A stretch of 64,000 nucleotides of DNA from Takakia lepidozioides (lineage: Eukaryota > Plantae > Bryophyta). Position 1 is the first letter of the stretch. Each line of letters starts with the position of its first letter. Position numbers and translations under genes: made by a program. The DNA lies in the NCBI GenBank assembly GCA_030704615.1, contig CM060731.1:8804001-8868000 (forward strand), written 5' to 3'. The notes beneath the pieces were generated by a model, which was not told the origin of the DNA, did not search any database, and saw nothing but the letters and a program-made list of their open reading frames with translations. Below, piece by piece: positions 26,101 to 39,632 of this stretch.

Positions 26101-29100
26101 TTAAACTTATGGCCTGCGAAAACAATCAAAAATTTAGCTCCAATCAACATCAACACTCCTCAGGGTGATCCCTGGGAATTGGTTACTTATGCCAAATCTA
26201 GGGCTTCATGTGTAGTTTTTGGGGTGAATCCCAGGATGGACGATGTGTCCTTTAAAACTACATGCTCTAGCTTAGGCTTGGATTTCATGGCTAATGGTAC
26301 CATCTCGAGACTTGATAACAGGGGTACGTTGAAGGTTGCAATGACCAAAAGTGCTTCTAATAGAGTCCCGCATCAATTCAATCTCAAAGAAGTTCGTCCC
26401 TTGACTGGCTGGAGAGCGGTCTTAGACATTGGTGATTCAATGGGGCGCTCTAGGAAGACAACCAAGGGCAACAACTTCAACTTGAGAGTTTCTAATCGGT
26501 TTGACGCTCTGGATGAGGTTGAATCCAAACAGCCAGAAGGACAAGATGCCCCTAAGTGTACGGAACCTGAACGTCCTGAATCTGAAGGATTTGGTACTCT
26601 GAATGGTTTACCAATCCTCAAGGTTTACACAAGACGAACAAATTCTATACACGGGGTAATTGTCCCCAAGCCGTCAGATGGACAATCTGTCTCTAAGTGT
26701 GCAGAGCCTGAAGGATTTGGTACTCTAAATGGTTTACCAATCCTCAAAGTCTACACAAGACGAGCAAAATCTATACACGGGGTAATTGTCCCCAAGCAGT
26801 CTGACGGACAATCTGCCCCTATGTGTGCGGAGCCTGTGCGTCGTGTAACTGAAAGATTTGGTACCCTGAATGGTTTACCAATTCTCAAAGTTTACACAAG
26901 ACGAGCAAAATCTACACATGGGGTAACTGTCCCCCCTTTGCAGAACGGTTGGCCGTCCAGGAGCAATCACAAGCTACCTAGACGACAAACAATTCACACA
27001 CAAAGGGCTGGCTTGCAGCTCGCCACTTTCAACTTCTCAGGGTTGACCATCCTTAGGAAACAACTTGAAGTGGGACAAGTTCTTCGGACTAATGATATTC
27101 ATATCTGTGCTGGGCAAGAAACATGGGAAACGTCGGATAAACTGGTTGGAGATGTCATTGGTTATAAATGGGCAGGTAAGATGTGTACTCTCAAGGCAGC
27201 CTCTGCCAAACGCGGTCAAAAAGGGGTCGGATTCTTTGTCCGTGATTTCTTGTTTGACAATTGTGAAATTATCAACAAGGGTTTGAGGTACGAGCATTGT
27301 ATCTGGCTAAAACTGAATTTGAAGGGCGGCATGAGTACAAAGGACCTCTTTGTTGGTTGTGTTTACATGCCCACAGAGGGGACCCTTAGTGCTGATGCAG
27401 ACAAGGCCTTCGAAGATGTAAAGCTGGACTGTGGACAAAATTTTGTTCCCCCAGTGTGCCAATGTGTTGATCGACAGAACTGATATTGGTACCTCTGACC
27501 ACTTCCTGGTTTGGACTGAGATCAAAAGGTGTTTTCCCACCACCAAGAGATCTGTGAAACGTTCGATTCGGAAGTGGCGCATAGAAAAATTCCACAATGA
27601 GGAGGTCAAGGCTGAGTACGTCCAGGCCTTGCAAGAGGCTCTCCCTCATTTTGTCCAATCGCTCCAAGAACTTCAGTCATGCTCTGTTAACGCAAGAAAT
27701 GAAGTCGAAAGAGCAGTGGACTCTTGGGAGAGTTTCGTTTCCTCCGTGGCTGACAAGATCATTGGGAGGAAACTAATTGTCTGCGGTAGAGCAGTTAATT
27801 GGTGGACTAATGAGATTAAACTCAAGATAGCTGAGAGACGAGCCCTCTATAAAGAGTGCTGCAATTTGGAAACCAACAGAGAATTGTGGGCGAGGTACTA
27901 CCAGCTCCGTAAAGATATCAATCAGCTTGTTAGGTCTCAGAAGAAATTATACTGGGACAAGTAAACTCAAACCACCATGGTGGTAATGACAAGAAATTCT
28001 GGTTGGCCCTTCAACGTTTGTACAAACCGAAAAACGGTCAACAAGTACAAGCGCTGAAGACTACTAAAGGTGCAGTGGTGACTTCATCGGTTGACATTGT
28101 CAAAACCTTTGAAACTCACTACAGTATCCTTGGCAGAACTTCTAGGTCTAACAGTGAGGGGTCTTCTGCTGAATGGAGGGACACAGTTGGAAAAACTATG
28201 ATTCAAAACAGCCCTGATGAACTGGAGTATATTTCAATGGCTTATAATGCTCCCATTAGTTCTTCTGAGATTGTGGAAGCAATTGAACATTTAAATGGAT
28301 ATAAAGCTGGTGGACCTGATGGTATTGTCAACGAGCTTATCAAGCACGGTGGCGATCCCATGATAGAGGCCCTAGTTCTCCTCTTTAACCTTATCTGGAA
28401 GACTGAAATGATCCCCTTTCGCTGGCGACAGGGGGTCATTGTCAATCTATACAAGAAGGGTGACAGAGAAGAACCGGGGAACTACCGTGGCATCACGCTC
28501 CTCAATGCTGTTGGCAAGACATTCTGCAGAGTTATAAGTACTCGTCTCGAGGTTGATCTGGAGTCTAGAGGTTGTTTCCACGAAGGCCAAGCTGGCTTTC
28601 GGCGAAACAGGGGCTGTGTGGATCATATCTTCACTCTAAGCCAGATTATCCAGGGAAGGAAAAAAGAAGGGAAACCCACTTATGTCTTTTTCCTGGATGT
28701 CAAAAAGGCTTATGACACAGTGTGGAGAGATGGCCTATGGTTCCGCCTCTGGTCTTGTGGGATCAAGGGAAAGATGTGGAGAGTTGTCCACAACTTGTAT
28801 GCTCACACCAAAAGCTGTGTCACTGTTAACGGACAGAAGTCCAACTTCTTTGACATAGACCAAGGTGTAGCTCAAGGATGTACTCTCTCCCCTCTGCTCT
28901 TCAAAGTTTTCATCAATCAACTCCTCGAGGATGTGGAAAGTGAGGGATTTGGGTTAAGGGTGGGTGATACCACCATACCAGCCCTTATGTTTGCGGATGA
29001 CTTCGCAGGCATAGGGGAGACTCCAACCAATCTCCAGGAGTTGATTGATTGCGCGAAGAGATACTTTGATCTTTGGGGGCTAGAGGCTAATGTCAGCAAA

Positions 29101-31941
29101 TGTGCAGTGGTAGCATTCAACGACAGAGGAGAGGGGTGACACTCAAAACATGTTGACGGCCTGGGGTGGGAGGAAGTGATCTTAAGTGGCAGTGGGGTAG
29201 CCAAGAGATCCCGGTCCTCCCTTCCTACACTTAACTGGGCGTTGAGTTCTCCTCCAATTGTAATTGGGATGCACATATCCGGAAAGTTGTTCAACTGGCA
29301 AGGGCAAAGCTCTGGGGCTCACTAAATTTTTCCACTGCAGAGGGGTCAACTCTGAGGTCAAGAAAACCATGCTTTGTCGCGTTATTAGACCTGCCTTGGA
29401 GTACGGATCTGCTATATGGGTTGATAACTCCAACCAGGCTAAGTCTCTAGAATCCATTCAAGTGGGGGTGCTTAAGGAGTGTATGTCAGCATGCTCCAAA
29501 ACAGCCAATGTGGCTGTTCGGGGTGAGTTTGGCATTCCGTCCTTAAGCTCCTGACGAGATGAATTCAAGGTCAGATGGTGGGGTCAGCTGCAACATATGC
29601 CCAACACCAGATATCCTAAGTTAATCGACTCTATATCTTGGAAACAGGACCGCCCTGTCAAACAGGCTAAGTCCTGGCAGAAGAGAGTAGAAGAGATCCT
29701 CAAGGACCTGGACCTGGATCCGCAAGTCTTGACCCTGCTGGATAAATCTGACTTAGAGGCTGTAGTGTCCTCAGCCATGTCTGTTGCCATGAGATTGTCT
29801 GATGAAAATGAAGTTAGGCAGAAAACTTCCCTGAACTTGTTTCCAGTCTGTGACGTGGGGGAGGACATCTTGGATGACCTCAAGGGTCTACCCACTCTCG
29901 GCACTAGACTGAAATTTAAACTCAGGGCAGGAAGCCTACCTTTGAACAGCAAACAGAAGCAGAGAGGAAAGGGAGAGTGCAATTGCCCGTTGTGTGGGCA
30001 ATCTGAAGACAGTATTCATTTTCTGATACACTGTCCGGGGTTCTCTCACCAAAGAGACGCTCTCTTCAAATCTATTAAGGGAATTGTGCCTGTACCCCTG
30101 TTTACCAACTTTGAAAGTCTCGAGGCTGAGCCAAAAGCCCAGGCCCTCCTGAGGCCTAGTTTTTGGGCAAATCACACACAGCAGATTGATGCTTGTGTGA
30201 AGGGATTTCTAGAGGATATCTGGAAAACCCGGATTAATTCTTTATATGGAGGTAAGTCTTACTACCAACGTCAGCCCCTGACAGAGGTAGGTTCTGTCCC
30301 TTTTGTTCCCGCTCAAACTGGGCGCAGGGTCAATGGCCACAAGGCTACGGCAAACAACGTCTTATGAGTACAATCTCTCTCTCTCTCTCTCTCTTTCCTT
30401 GAATGTGGCTATGTACTTCGTAACATCACTCAAGAATTGCTATTCTGTTCAGAATGTTCACCTAGAACAGAATGAAAAAACGGAAAACGGAATGACTCAT
30501 TAGGGTTTTCCCTAAGTCAACCTACAGCAGCTGCCCTATAAGGTTAAAGCCCTGGACACTCCTCTCATTTGGAAGACGAGGAGGCAAGAGCTGAAGGAGC
30601 AGTCAGCTAACAGCTGAACTATGGCTCCAAGCAAGGGTACTCACTCAGGCAACATGAAGGCAACATAGTGGCTACAATCAGGAACTTACATGTCTCTAGT
30701 AACACCTTCCTTTTGGGAATGGATGCTTACTGTCATGAGACCACCACCTCCTCCCTCTGGAGCATGGGCTGAGATATACGTGGTGCTGAGTTGTGGACCT
30801 TGGCTGAAATGGCTGAAAGGACCTCCCTTACCTCTCCTTTCTTTGCTAGTATGACCTGATGCAGGGATGACTTTGATAACAAATTTCAAGTGGATTAAGC
30901 CTGAGGTTCCACAGGGACCGCTCCTAACTGTGCCTTGCATGTTTCTACACAAGTGGGGTTTGTGCTCTGCGATCGGACATGATACTTATTGGTTCATTTT
31001 GGAAAGCTATAGCATGCAAGAGGGCCTGTCATTCACCTTGCACATCCTCACTAATCCCCATCATAAGCTTGTGGTGTCTTTTTGGGAGGGGTGCAGGTGA
31101 GTGCCATTCTTCTTCTCTGAAATTTTGAGTTCTTGTCTGAAAATAGCTTTGCTTTGCAGATATGAGAAAGCTGCTTACTTGCGGTAAACAACCAGTGTTA
31201 TAGCGCCACTACCTATGAGAGAAAGAATAACCATGACAGCAGGTTGCCCTTCTCCAGAGATCTGAACTATACTTCTAGGTTTTCCCAATCTGTTAGGTTA
31301 GAGATAATAGTGCATAATCACTATATATCACTATGAGGTACGTTATCTTATCATGAACTCATGTCACTTCCACTTCATTTGAAAGTGAGGAGGAAAATTT
31401 GTTTGTGAGAGAGGCCTACCTAGTGTGCATTCGATTGCCACTAAGAACACCAAAAAACTGGAGGTATGGAGGCAGATCTGGGTAGAGGCAGTTTCATGGT
31501 GGCTAAATTAGGATGTCTGATGTCGGTTAAAGAGGCAAACACAACACATTGTTTATAGTGTTTCCTTGTCTTTGACATGCTCTGTCCCCCAAGTGTTCAG
31601 GGTAACCAGGCTGTACAACAACTCTCGTGCCAGTCCTGTTTTCCGTGTGTCTCTCGCTTACAGACTTTCCTAACAGTTAACATAAATGGAGATACCTCGT
31701 ACGCTTTCTTCATCCTCTCAATCTCGCTTCTCAAGAATCGAACCAAATGACTCTGCCCAACTCCCGCTCTTTCCTTTTTCGTACCGAGTCGGCTCCCTGA
31801 TGATGCCATGCGGGTACCCAGCCAAGTATATCTACACGCAGAATCTAAAAGCTGCTCAGCTGAGCGAGGAATCAAGGTCTCTCTCCGTTGTAAGTACTGA
31901 CCTGCGCCCCTTCTCAGAAACTCCACCCCACTCCGCATCAT
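23173..31941 (-). CDS. Mitochondrial glycoprotein (MAM33/p32) family protein, 3 exons
   Basis: Exon 1 31696-31941 (Arg-rich presequence ...HLVRFLRSEIERMKKAYE), exon 2 ~24068-24396 (PPKPFKYLDKPGQMEVILQR...ITKGGGEALEICC...YTPNF), exon 3 23173-~23332 (KLSDKLKAEFEHYLRVRGLNETVASWVLHFLDDKGFRERLRMLESI*), which matches the MAM33 C-terminal pattern. Confidence 0.8.
25087..25563 (+). mobile_element. 5'-truncated LINE copy in a (CT)n tract
   Basis: Near-identical to 29913-30375. Flanked by CTCTCTCCTAAG on the left and CTCTCTCCTAG on the right (TSD-like). Confidence 0.9.
25650..25961 (+). mobile_element. Two more eroded LINE 3' fragments, each ending in (CT)n
   Basis: AAACTGGGCGCAG...GGCCACAA...AGTACATCTC and CACACAGCAGATT...TCTAGAGGATATCTGGAAA match the LINE 3' end. 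Confidence 0.7.
25962..30395 (+). mobile_element. Near full-length LINE (APE endonuclease + RT + C-terminal Cys/His motif), disrupted
   Basis: APE motifs LATFNFSG, AGQETW, GVGFFV, GCVYMP, SDH; RT motifs GPDG, NYRGITLL, QAGFR, FLDVKKAYDTV, GVAQGCTLSPLLF, MFADD; C-terminal CPLC...HFLIHC. Several frameshifts and stops. (CT)n at both ends. Confidence 0.95.
26580..26935 (+). repeat. Three in-frame ~40-codon repeats in the LINE N-terminal region
   Basis: FGTLNGLPILKVYTRR(T/A)(N/K)S(I/T)HGV(I/T)VP occurs three times. Confidence 0.9.
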
Positions 31942-33626
31942 GAAGAACACCACACAAACAGTAAAGCACATTTGAGCTTTACTCTTTCACTCTTCCACTC
32001 TTTCATATTCATAGTATGGATGGACCAGAATGGCTTTATGCATGTGAGCTCTATAGCTTTCAGATTTCAATGTGACATGAAGCTTCTCGTAGATTTTGCT
32101 ACCTTCAAAATCTGAATGTGGGGCCACCAACTTTGAGTTCTTCATTGTTTTGTACTTTCCGCAACCAATGTTACATGCAATTTCAGGTTAGTAATTCCAA
32201 ATGCTAATATTTCACTATCTAGCAGGGCATCTTCACCTAATGAATATGCTCTGAAAATATAAAGTTGTTAGTTAAAGGTGCAGGTTAATAAAAGCCTCTC
32301 ACTGCAGAACACCAAGGTCTGCCAAGAATTCCAGAAAGTGGGCAAGTGTTCAGAGTGTAAAATGTCCTGTATTGCAGATTTCTTGCTTCATTCTTCCAAT
32401 GTACTGCTCAAGATGAAGAAGTCAAAGTAGGCGCTGCACAAGTGATATTGACAAATAATGGCACAGCTCTATAACCTTCTTGTTCTCACATGGGACAGGG
32501 CTTTTTACGTGACCAGGATCCTACATTTCCTTCCTCGAGCAGGTAACTTGCAGGTGCTTTTGCTCGTTGCATTCCTTGCGTTTCAGAAATTTGTGCCCGG
32601 AAATTGTTCTTGGGGACGTGATCAGCCTTCTTGGACAGACAAATAGGCCTCATTGCTACGGGAGGTGGAGGTGTGGTATTGACTTTTGACGCCACAAGAA
32701 CTCAACCCTGGCCCACATCATACGTTACTGGTATACAATGCGCAGTCCCCTATTGCATGCAACGGGCAGATCCATGGGGAATGTAGATAGCACACCACAG
32801 GGTTCATATGTCAACATGATCATCCTCACTCTGATTCAGGACTAGCACAGTTCATATTATAGAGTTTTGAGGTACTATTGGCTGATTGTGCCTTGCCTGC
32901 GCAAAAGTGTTCACAGGTCTTCCAACGGAAGACGTGAAGTGCAAGTATAACTTCCTCCGGGAGGAGTCCTCTTTCTTCTTCTTGAAGTTGAGAAGATTGA
33001 ACGTAACATCACCTTTATTGAAGATGAAGTGCATCATGTACAGAGATAAATTACGAGTGCCTTGAATCTCAAATCTAGGAGCTTCCCAGCTTTATTATAG
33101 TCATCTACATTGTACACGACCCACATTGAGTCCAAAACTTCAATTTGAAGTCATCCTATTCCGTATTGCCTACAGTAAGGAGGACCAACCTGTTCTTGAG
33201 GGGTAAGTTTGCTTCACTCTCTTCTACAAATTACAATACTTCGTCAAATTTTGCAAGCAGGGGAAAATGATTCAGTAGTCCTCATATCACACACTTTGGG
33301 TCAGGTTTACATGGATGAGCTAATTAGATCTGGACACTGAACAATTCATGAACAATTTCTACATTGTTCTAAATGTCTGCACTTGGGCTATGGAGAGAGA
33401 GAGAAGGAATACCTAGTACACCGAACTTCTCTCAGCATCTTGGATATGTCTGTATTTGGAGCTTAGCGGGGTTTCAGTGTCTCACTTGCTTTTAGTCACC
33501 GAACGCAACCTGTTCGATCATCCTAGATTTTCTCAACTGATCTATCCAGGTCAAAAGTTCACGAGAGCTCAACTCAACCGACCAGAGACTTCACGAAGGA
33601 CGCTTCTCATGCACCACGCAAACGAG

Positions 33627-36600
33627 TTACCCGATGTGAACCCAGGTAGCAACACTGGGAACACCATTGGCGACAGCAAAGAGCATGTAATACGCTGATG
33701 GTGCAATCACTGAACTGGGCGGCGAAGTTGACGTGATCCTGTAACTGTTCCCACCCGCGTTGGTGGGAGCACTCACTCCCAGCTTCAAAAGTCGTTGTCC
33801 CTGCAAGGAAAGAAACAACAATGTAGCTCATTAAGACAGTTTAAATCCTTGAACATCGAGCAGAAAGGTGTGGGTGAACCCTCGAACAGGTTCAAAGTTG
33901 AGTCTACCCTGCTCACGTATAATGACGAGGTTGGTATAAGGATTATCTTGCATTAGAGGGGCATCATATAAGATGCGAATTTGCAATCGGCCACCTCTGC
34001 TGATATTTAAAGAGTAGGATGTCCAAAGATCCTCAGGTCCGCGACAAAACCAGTTTCAAGATATGTTGGTGAAATAGAGTAGACCTTCTAACTTGAATAT
34101 TAAGAACGGAAGGAATGTCACGTGGGTACGTACAGAGGTTAGACAGGTTCGTGAAAGGTACTAGAGCATACAACAGCTTGACATATGTTCAGATAACCTG
34201 TTCAACAGTCACTGCGCAAACAAGAGTCGACACTCGAGACTCGAGAGAGGGCACCCCAATAATGGAGACTCAGAACACAGTGACAGAAACAACAAGCTAG
34301 TGTACCACAATCGTAAACTTCTCCCAAACAACTAATAACAACCACCAGCAAGCTCGGAATCGAGACAACAAGCACCTAAGAAGGAAGTCGTCAACAGGAT
34401 TACTACAGTGAGCCAAAATCTGAGTCCACCTAAGTGCTAGTGCTGTAGCTTCAAGGATCATCATTCATCACCCGGTGGGGGAATTCACGCGACACTAGAA
34501 CAGCAAGAGGAAGAAGAGAGGAATCCGAGGGAATACCTCTGGGAGGGAGTAAAGGAATTCATAACTAACCAACGAAATGCTGATCTCTTCGAATCAACCG
34601 AGAGATAAACAATGGATCTGGAGAATCGAACACACCTGAGCATACGAGTGAGTAGTGAAAGGGGCGCTGATGAGATTGAGTTGGATATTGCCTTTGGGCG
34701 CAGCTGCAACAGAGACTGTGACAGTGAAGGCCTTGCCGTAGCTCAGCGCGTTGGGAACGTTGAGCCAAGCGGGGCGGGCACCGCTCAAGTAGGGCGGCGA
34801 GAAGGCTTCGATACTGAGGTCGGTGGGGAACTGGCCGGTGAACGTGTAGAACTGGTGCGTGTTGCTGCCGGCCACCAGAACCCGGCCGTCGGGAAGCAGG
34901 TTAGCCGTGGAGTGGTAGAGGCGCGGCGTCCCGGTGGCTGCCAGAGTGTGAAACCGGGCGCCCGCGCCGGCGCCCGGGCTGTAAAGGACCGGAGTATATA
35001 CCGGGTTCTGCGCGTTACCCCATCCCTGGGACCCGGTGCCCGCCCCGTTGATGATGAGCACGTCACCGGTGGGGAGCAGGACCATGTCCCCCATGTTCCG
35101 CCGCATGGGCATGTTCTCCATGGCCCAGCCCGGGTTGGCCGACGTGGCGACGATGCGGCCGCACGTTTGGCTGGACGGAAGTTGTCCCGCCGGGTACAAA
35201 TAGGCGCCGTAGGCGGCCCCTCCGCAGACGAGAACTTCGCCAGTCGTCCATCCGTCAGCAGCCGTCAGCGGGAGGAGGACGGAGCTTCCTGCCGACGGAT
35301 AGTTTCTGGGCTCCCCGGGGATGGTGGGGAAGTTTCGGACGACGGTGTTGGTTTGCCAGTTGTAGAGGACGGAGTCTCTGTTGGCGAAGATGAAGAGCAG
35401 GTTGCTTGGGAGGAGATGGACAAACGGGTAGTAGTTGTCGTTCTCCTGATCGTTGGTCTGCAAGACGACAAAAGACACGAGCGAATCATTTCTGGTGGCG
35501 TATGAAGATGAAGAGAAATAGATCAGCACATGCGAGTTGAAGAAGGTGGAGTATACTAGTGTTTGATAAGCCTGCAGCGGCGGTTTTGTTCACGATGTAC
35601 AATGTTCAATGGACAATCAGACTGTTTAAGCTTGCGCTGATTGTACATGTACATATATATATCTGGCTATGAAGACTCTGAAACATGCAGGGTGATCAGC
35701 GCAGGCTCTGGACTTATCTGAAAGTCTAGCTTCCTCCAATCGATGGCTGCTAGGTAGATAACTTAGAAGGAGACGAGATGAACTTGAGAACTGAAAGAGG
35801 CAGGTCGCTCTCTAGTCTCGAGCTATATAAGTTATATATTGTATACGTTTTTTATTTTTTTTCCCCTTAAGATCTTCGTAGGTGCTCTCAGCAGGGCTAG
35901 AACTTTCTGCAGTAAGATCGTAATAGCTCGCCGGCTCAGAAACATTGGCCGATTATGTTCCGAACCGCTCGAGTTGAAGGTGAAAGAAAGAGTTCAAATT
36001 ACCTTCGTAAGGAGGTTCAAAGTAAACTGGCCCTGACCATTTGCTGGCACATATTCAACAGTGAAGACACTACGGCCTCCTACGACTATCTGGCGCCCAT
36101 CTGGTAGCTGTTGATTGCTCGCATACCACCGACCCGTTTGCAGATTGTTGTTCGTTTCAACCCAATCGCAGTTCCCACCACTTCCACAAGGACTGAACGT
36201 TCGAATCTGTAGACACCGAAATGCGAAGTCCTACTCAGAAATAATGCAAAATTAAAATAAAGGTCCACATGATCAATACGTAATCGAGTTCCCTCGAAGA
36301 TTGTTTGTCGCAAAGGGGAAGCAGGTCCTGTCAACTGATGCATTACCTTCGTGACTCCATCGGAGTCTCCGCCTGTTTGTACGAGAGTGCCATCGGCTCT
36401 GAACTGTCCCGATGAGCACCAAGTGTCTGTGAAGACGAATAGAGGCCTGATATTGTTTGAGCCCGGGGTGTAGATGGCTGAGTGTGCTGTACAATCATGA
36501 GTCGAAACCTGTTCATGAAAACAAATCTAGAGTAAAAACCAGATGAGCCATGGAGATTAGTAATTTGCATAACTTGTGCGTCACGCTGAATTCACACCGC

Positions 36601-37255
36601 AACCATCCGCCGGTATTGGCCGCAATATTGCAGCTACACAACTGAATTAATTTCTCGATTGACTAATTAGTGAGTGAGACCGAAAAAAGCTTGTCATTTT
36701 GCAGGGTCGTTTGATTATGTCACTTCAGAATGGGTGGACTCGCGGGTTCTTCTAATTCGACTATGTTTGATCGGGTTCATTGGGTGAAGAACGATACACA
36801 CAAGACTTGGAATTGTGGCCGAGCTACAGGAGAGATCAGTATAATAGTCTCCTCCAATAGTTCGATACACAAACCGCTACTAGCTGCTGTTCAGCTTACG
36901 CAAAGAGATGCCCGGAGAGCGTATGAACATAGCTGTTATATTGCAGCAATCCATTCCTGGAAACATGAACGTGCATGAAATAAAACTTCAAGACAGATAT
37001 GATTGAACTCACGCGGTCAGCAGCGTTATTCCTACATCGTCCCCCATTCAAAGGGAGCTGAGAGGGACCGATGTTTGTTCTGTCCAGCAATACGACGGTG
37101 CCATAGTGGGTTACTGCGGTGTGCATTGACGCAATTCCTGCATTCTTCACAACAACCTCCCATGACCCAGCTTGCGCGTCCACAGCAGATTGCAGTGTGC
37201 TAATCGACACCAAGAGAGCCTGCACTATGAGGAACAAGCGCCTGACAGTTACCAT
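33627..37255 (-). CDS. Secreted glyoxal oxidase / galactose oxidase-like copper radical oxidase (GLOX-like), 5 exons
   Basis: Signal peptide then GSWEVVVKNAGIASMHTAVTHYGTVVLLDRTNIGPS; DTWCSSGQF; RWYASNQ; NYYPFVHLLP; RNYPSAGSSVLLPL; RNMGDMVLLPTGDVLIINGA; PRLYHSTANLLPDGRVLVAGSN; APFTTHS; C-terminal IAPSAYYMLFAVANGVPSVATWVHIG*. Confidence 0.93.
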
Positions 37256-38169
37256 TGCCAGAAGCTCCTCGGAAGCTCTAGCAGATATCCACATTCCGAC
37301 TTGTCTTTCGACCGCAACAAGGCTAAACAGTCGCGTAGATCGCAAGGCTCCCTCTTCTTTTCTGCCAAGTAGGCCCACTTGGTCGTCCAAGCTCAGTCCA
37401 AATCTCCTTCAACGCAAGTCACATTCCATCGGCCCTTGGTCCGAAGGAGTCACGTCCCCGCCACCTTTAGTCTTAGCAGTACCGAGGGAGAGGATAGACT
37501 TCCGCAATACATGCGCATATAAGTAGCAGCTGAATGGACTAAAGGATTGGATCGCTGAGGCAGAGCGGTGCAGTGAACGACACTGGAGGTCAACGACTTG
37601 AACTGCAAGGAAAACTGCGAGGGGAGAAAGAGCGTGGAGTTGGTGGGGTCGGTGAGTCCCCCACTGCGCATTGCGCAACAGATGTTTAATACAGCTCATG
37701 GTGGGCGCCGCCATTGTCTCTCGCTTTGTCTCTCTCTCTTCATTTATGAATGCACTCCACGACTTCGCATCACCGACAAGCTACCTCCCTAACCCAACAT
37801 ACTTACGCTACACAGAATGCTAGCAAACAAAAGAAGCTGAACTCAGTGAGACAAATACAAAAACAACTGCAACTCCAGCAAATTGCCAGCACGAATGTCA
37901 ACCTTACCAACTGAGCAGAATAACTTACATTATGTAGATATCATAGATAAATTTGAGGATGCATTATTTACATTTTTTTACTTTATGTTTTGAAAGGGAC
38001 AATATTGGAGAGGGAAGATGATAGGAATAATGTAAGAACTTAATGCGAGCGCGTCAGGACTGTCCAGCCCTGATACCCCGTACCGCCGGCTAGGCTCGGT
38101 CAATCCGTCCCCACCCAACTCTCATCCCATCTGCTTCGTCGTTCTACGACACCAGTCCGCCACTTCCAC

Positions 38170-39205
38170 CAGTCCGCCAGTAACCACTAACCACCATGTA
38201 ACCCTCTGCAACCCATGTAACCCCATGACCCTCTGTAACCCTCACCAGGTGTAACCCTCTGTAACACCGCAGAGCGTCACCCCCCCCCCCCCTATGTAAC
38301 TCTCACTCCATGTAACCCTCTATAAAACTTTGCAACCCATGTAATCCTCTGTGACCCTCTTAACCCATGTAGCCCTCTGTAACCCATGTAACCCCATGAC
38401 CTTCTGTAACCCTCAACATGTAACCCCATGTAACCCTCACCACCATGTAACCCTCTGTAACACCGCAGAGTGTCACCCTCACCCCTATGTAACCCTCACT
38501 CCATGTAACCCTCTGTAACCCTCACCAGGTATAACCCTCACCACCATGTAACCCATATAACCCTCTATAACACCGTAGAGTGTCACCCTCACCCCTATGT
38601 AACCCTCATTCCATATAACCCTTACCACCATGTAACCCTTTGTAACACCGCAGAGTGTCACCCTCACCCCATGTAACCCTCTGTAACCCTCACCAGGTGT
38701 AACCCTCACCACCATGTGACCCTCTGTAACCCATGTAACCCTCTGTAACCCTCACCAGGTGTAACCCTCACCACCATGTAACCCTCTATAACCCATGTAA
38801 CCCTCTGTAACACCGCAGAGTGTCACCCTCACCCCCATGTAACCCTCACTCCATGTAACCCTCTTGTGACCCTCTGTAACCCTCTGTAACCCATGTAACC
38901 CTCTGTAACACCGCAGAGTGTCACCCTCACCCCCATGTAACCCTCATTCCATGTAACCCTCTTTGACCCTCTGTAACCTTCACCAGATGTAACCCTCACC
39001 ACCATGTAACCCTCTGTAACCCGTGTATCCCTCTGTAACACCGTAGAGTGTCACCCTCACCCCTATGTAACCCTCACTCCATGTAACCCTCTGTAACCCT
39101 TTGTAACCCATGTAACCCTTTGTGACCCTCTGTAACCCATGTAACCCTCTATGACCCTATGTAACCCATGTAACCCTCTGTAACCCATGTAACCCTCTGT
39201 AACTC
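38170..39205. repeat. ~1-kb minisatellite built on (A)TGTAACCC(TC) with higher-order GTAACACCGCAGAGTGTCACCCTCACCC units
   Basis: Dozens of TAACCC-containing units are visible directly. Confidence 0.95.
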
Positions 39206-39632
39206 CGCCTCGTGTCCATCATACACGTGTAAACTATCCGACGGCCGAATGGAGGTTGAAATGGAGTGAAACCCTAATTTGCTCTCTCCATCCGTTTTTC
39301 AGATTCCTAGCTCGCTCGTTTTTTTGCTTTGGGGCATCAGCTTTTTGCAATTCCCGTGGCCAATCGGCTTCACACATCAATGCGAAAGATTTGTAGTTTA
39401 TTCAGTTCAGTATCGTCCTCCCAGCAACATGCAAAACAACATTTTCCGCGCAGCGATCCGGCAAATCTATTACTACGGTTTTCTCTACGATTGATACGGT
39501 TGTCTCTATCATTTTTCTTTCTCAATGTCATTCTTGTTGTTTTGTCACCATCCCCGATGGCTATGGTATTCCTGATATCCGCATTAGGAAAGGGTTTTGT
39601 TTCTTTCGGTCTAGCCATGCAAGCAGCCGCTT

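Noticed and set aside
34612-35505. 297-aa plus-strand ORF
   Set aside because: Antisense shadow of the GC-rich glyoxal oxidase exon.
38485-39041. ORFs with repeated VRVT/EGY peptides
   Set aside because: Translation of the TGTAACCC minisatellite.
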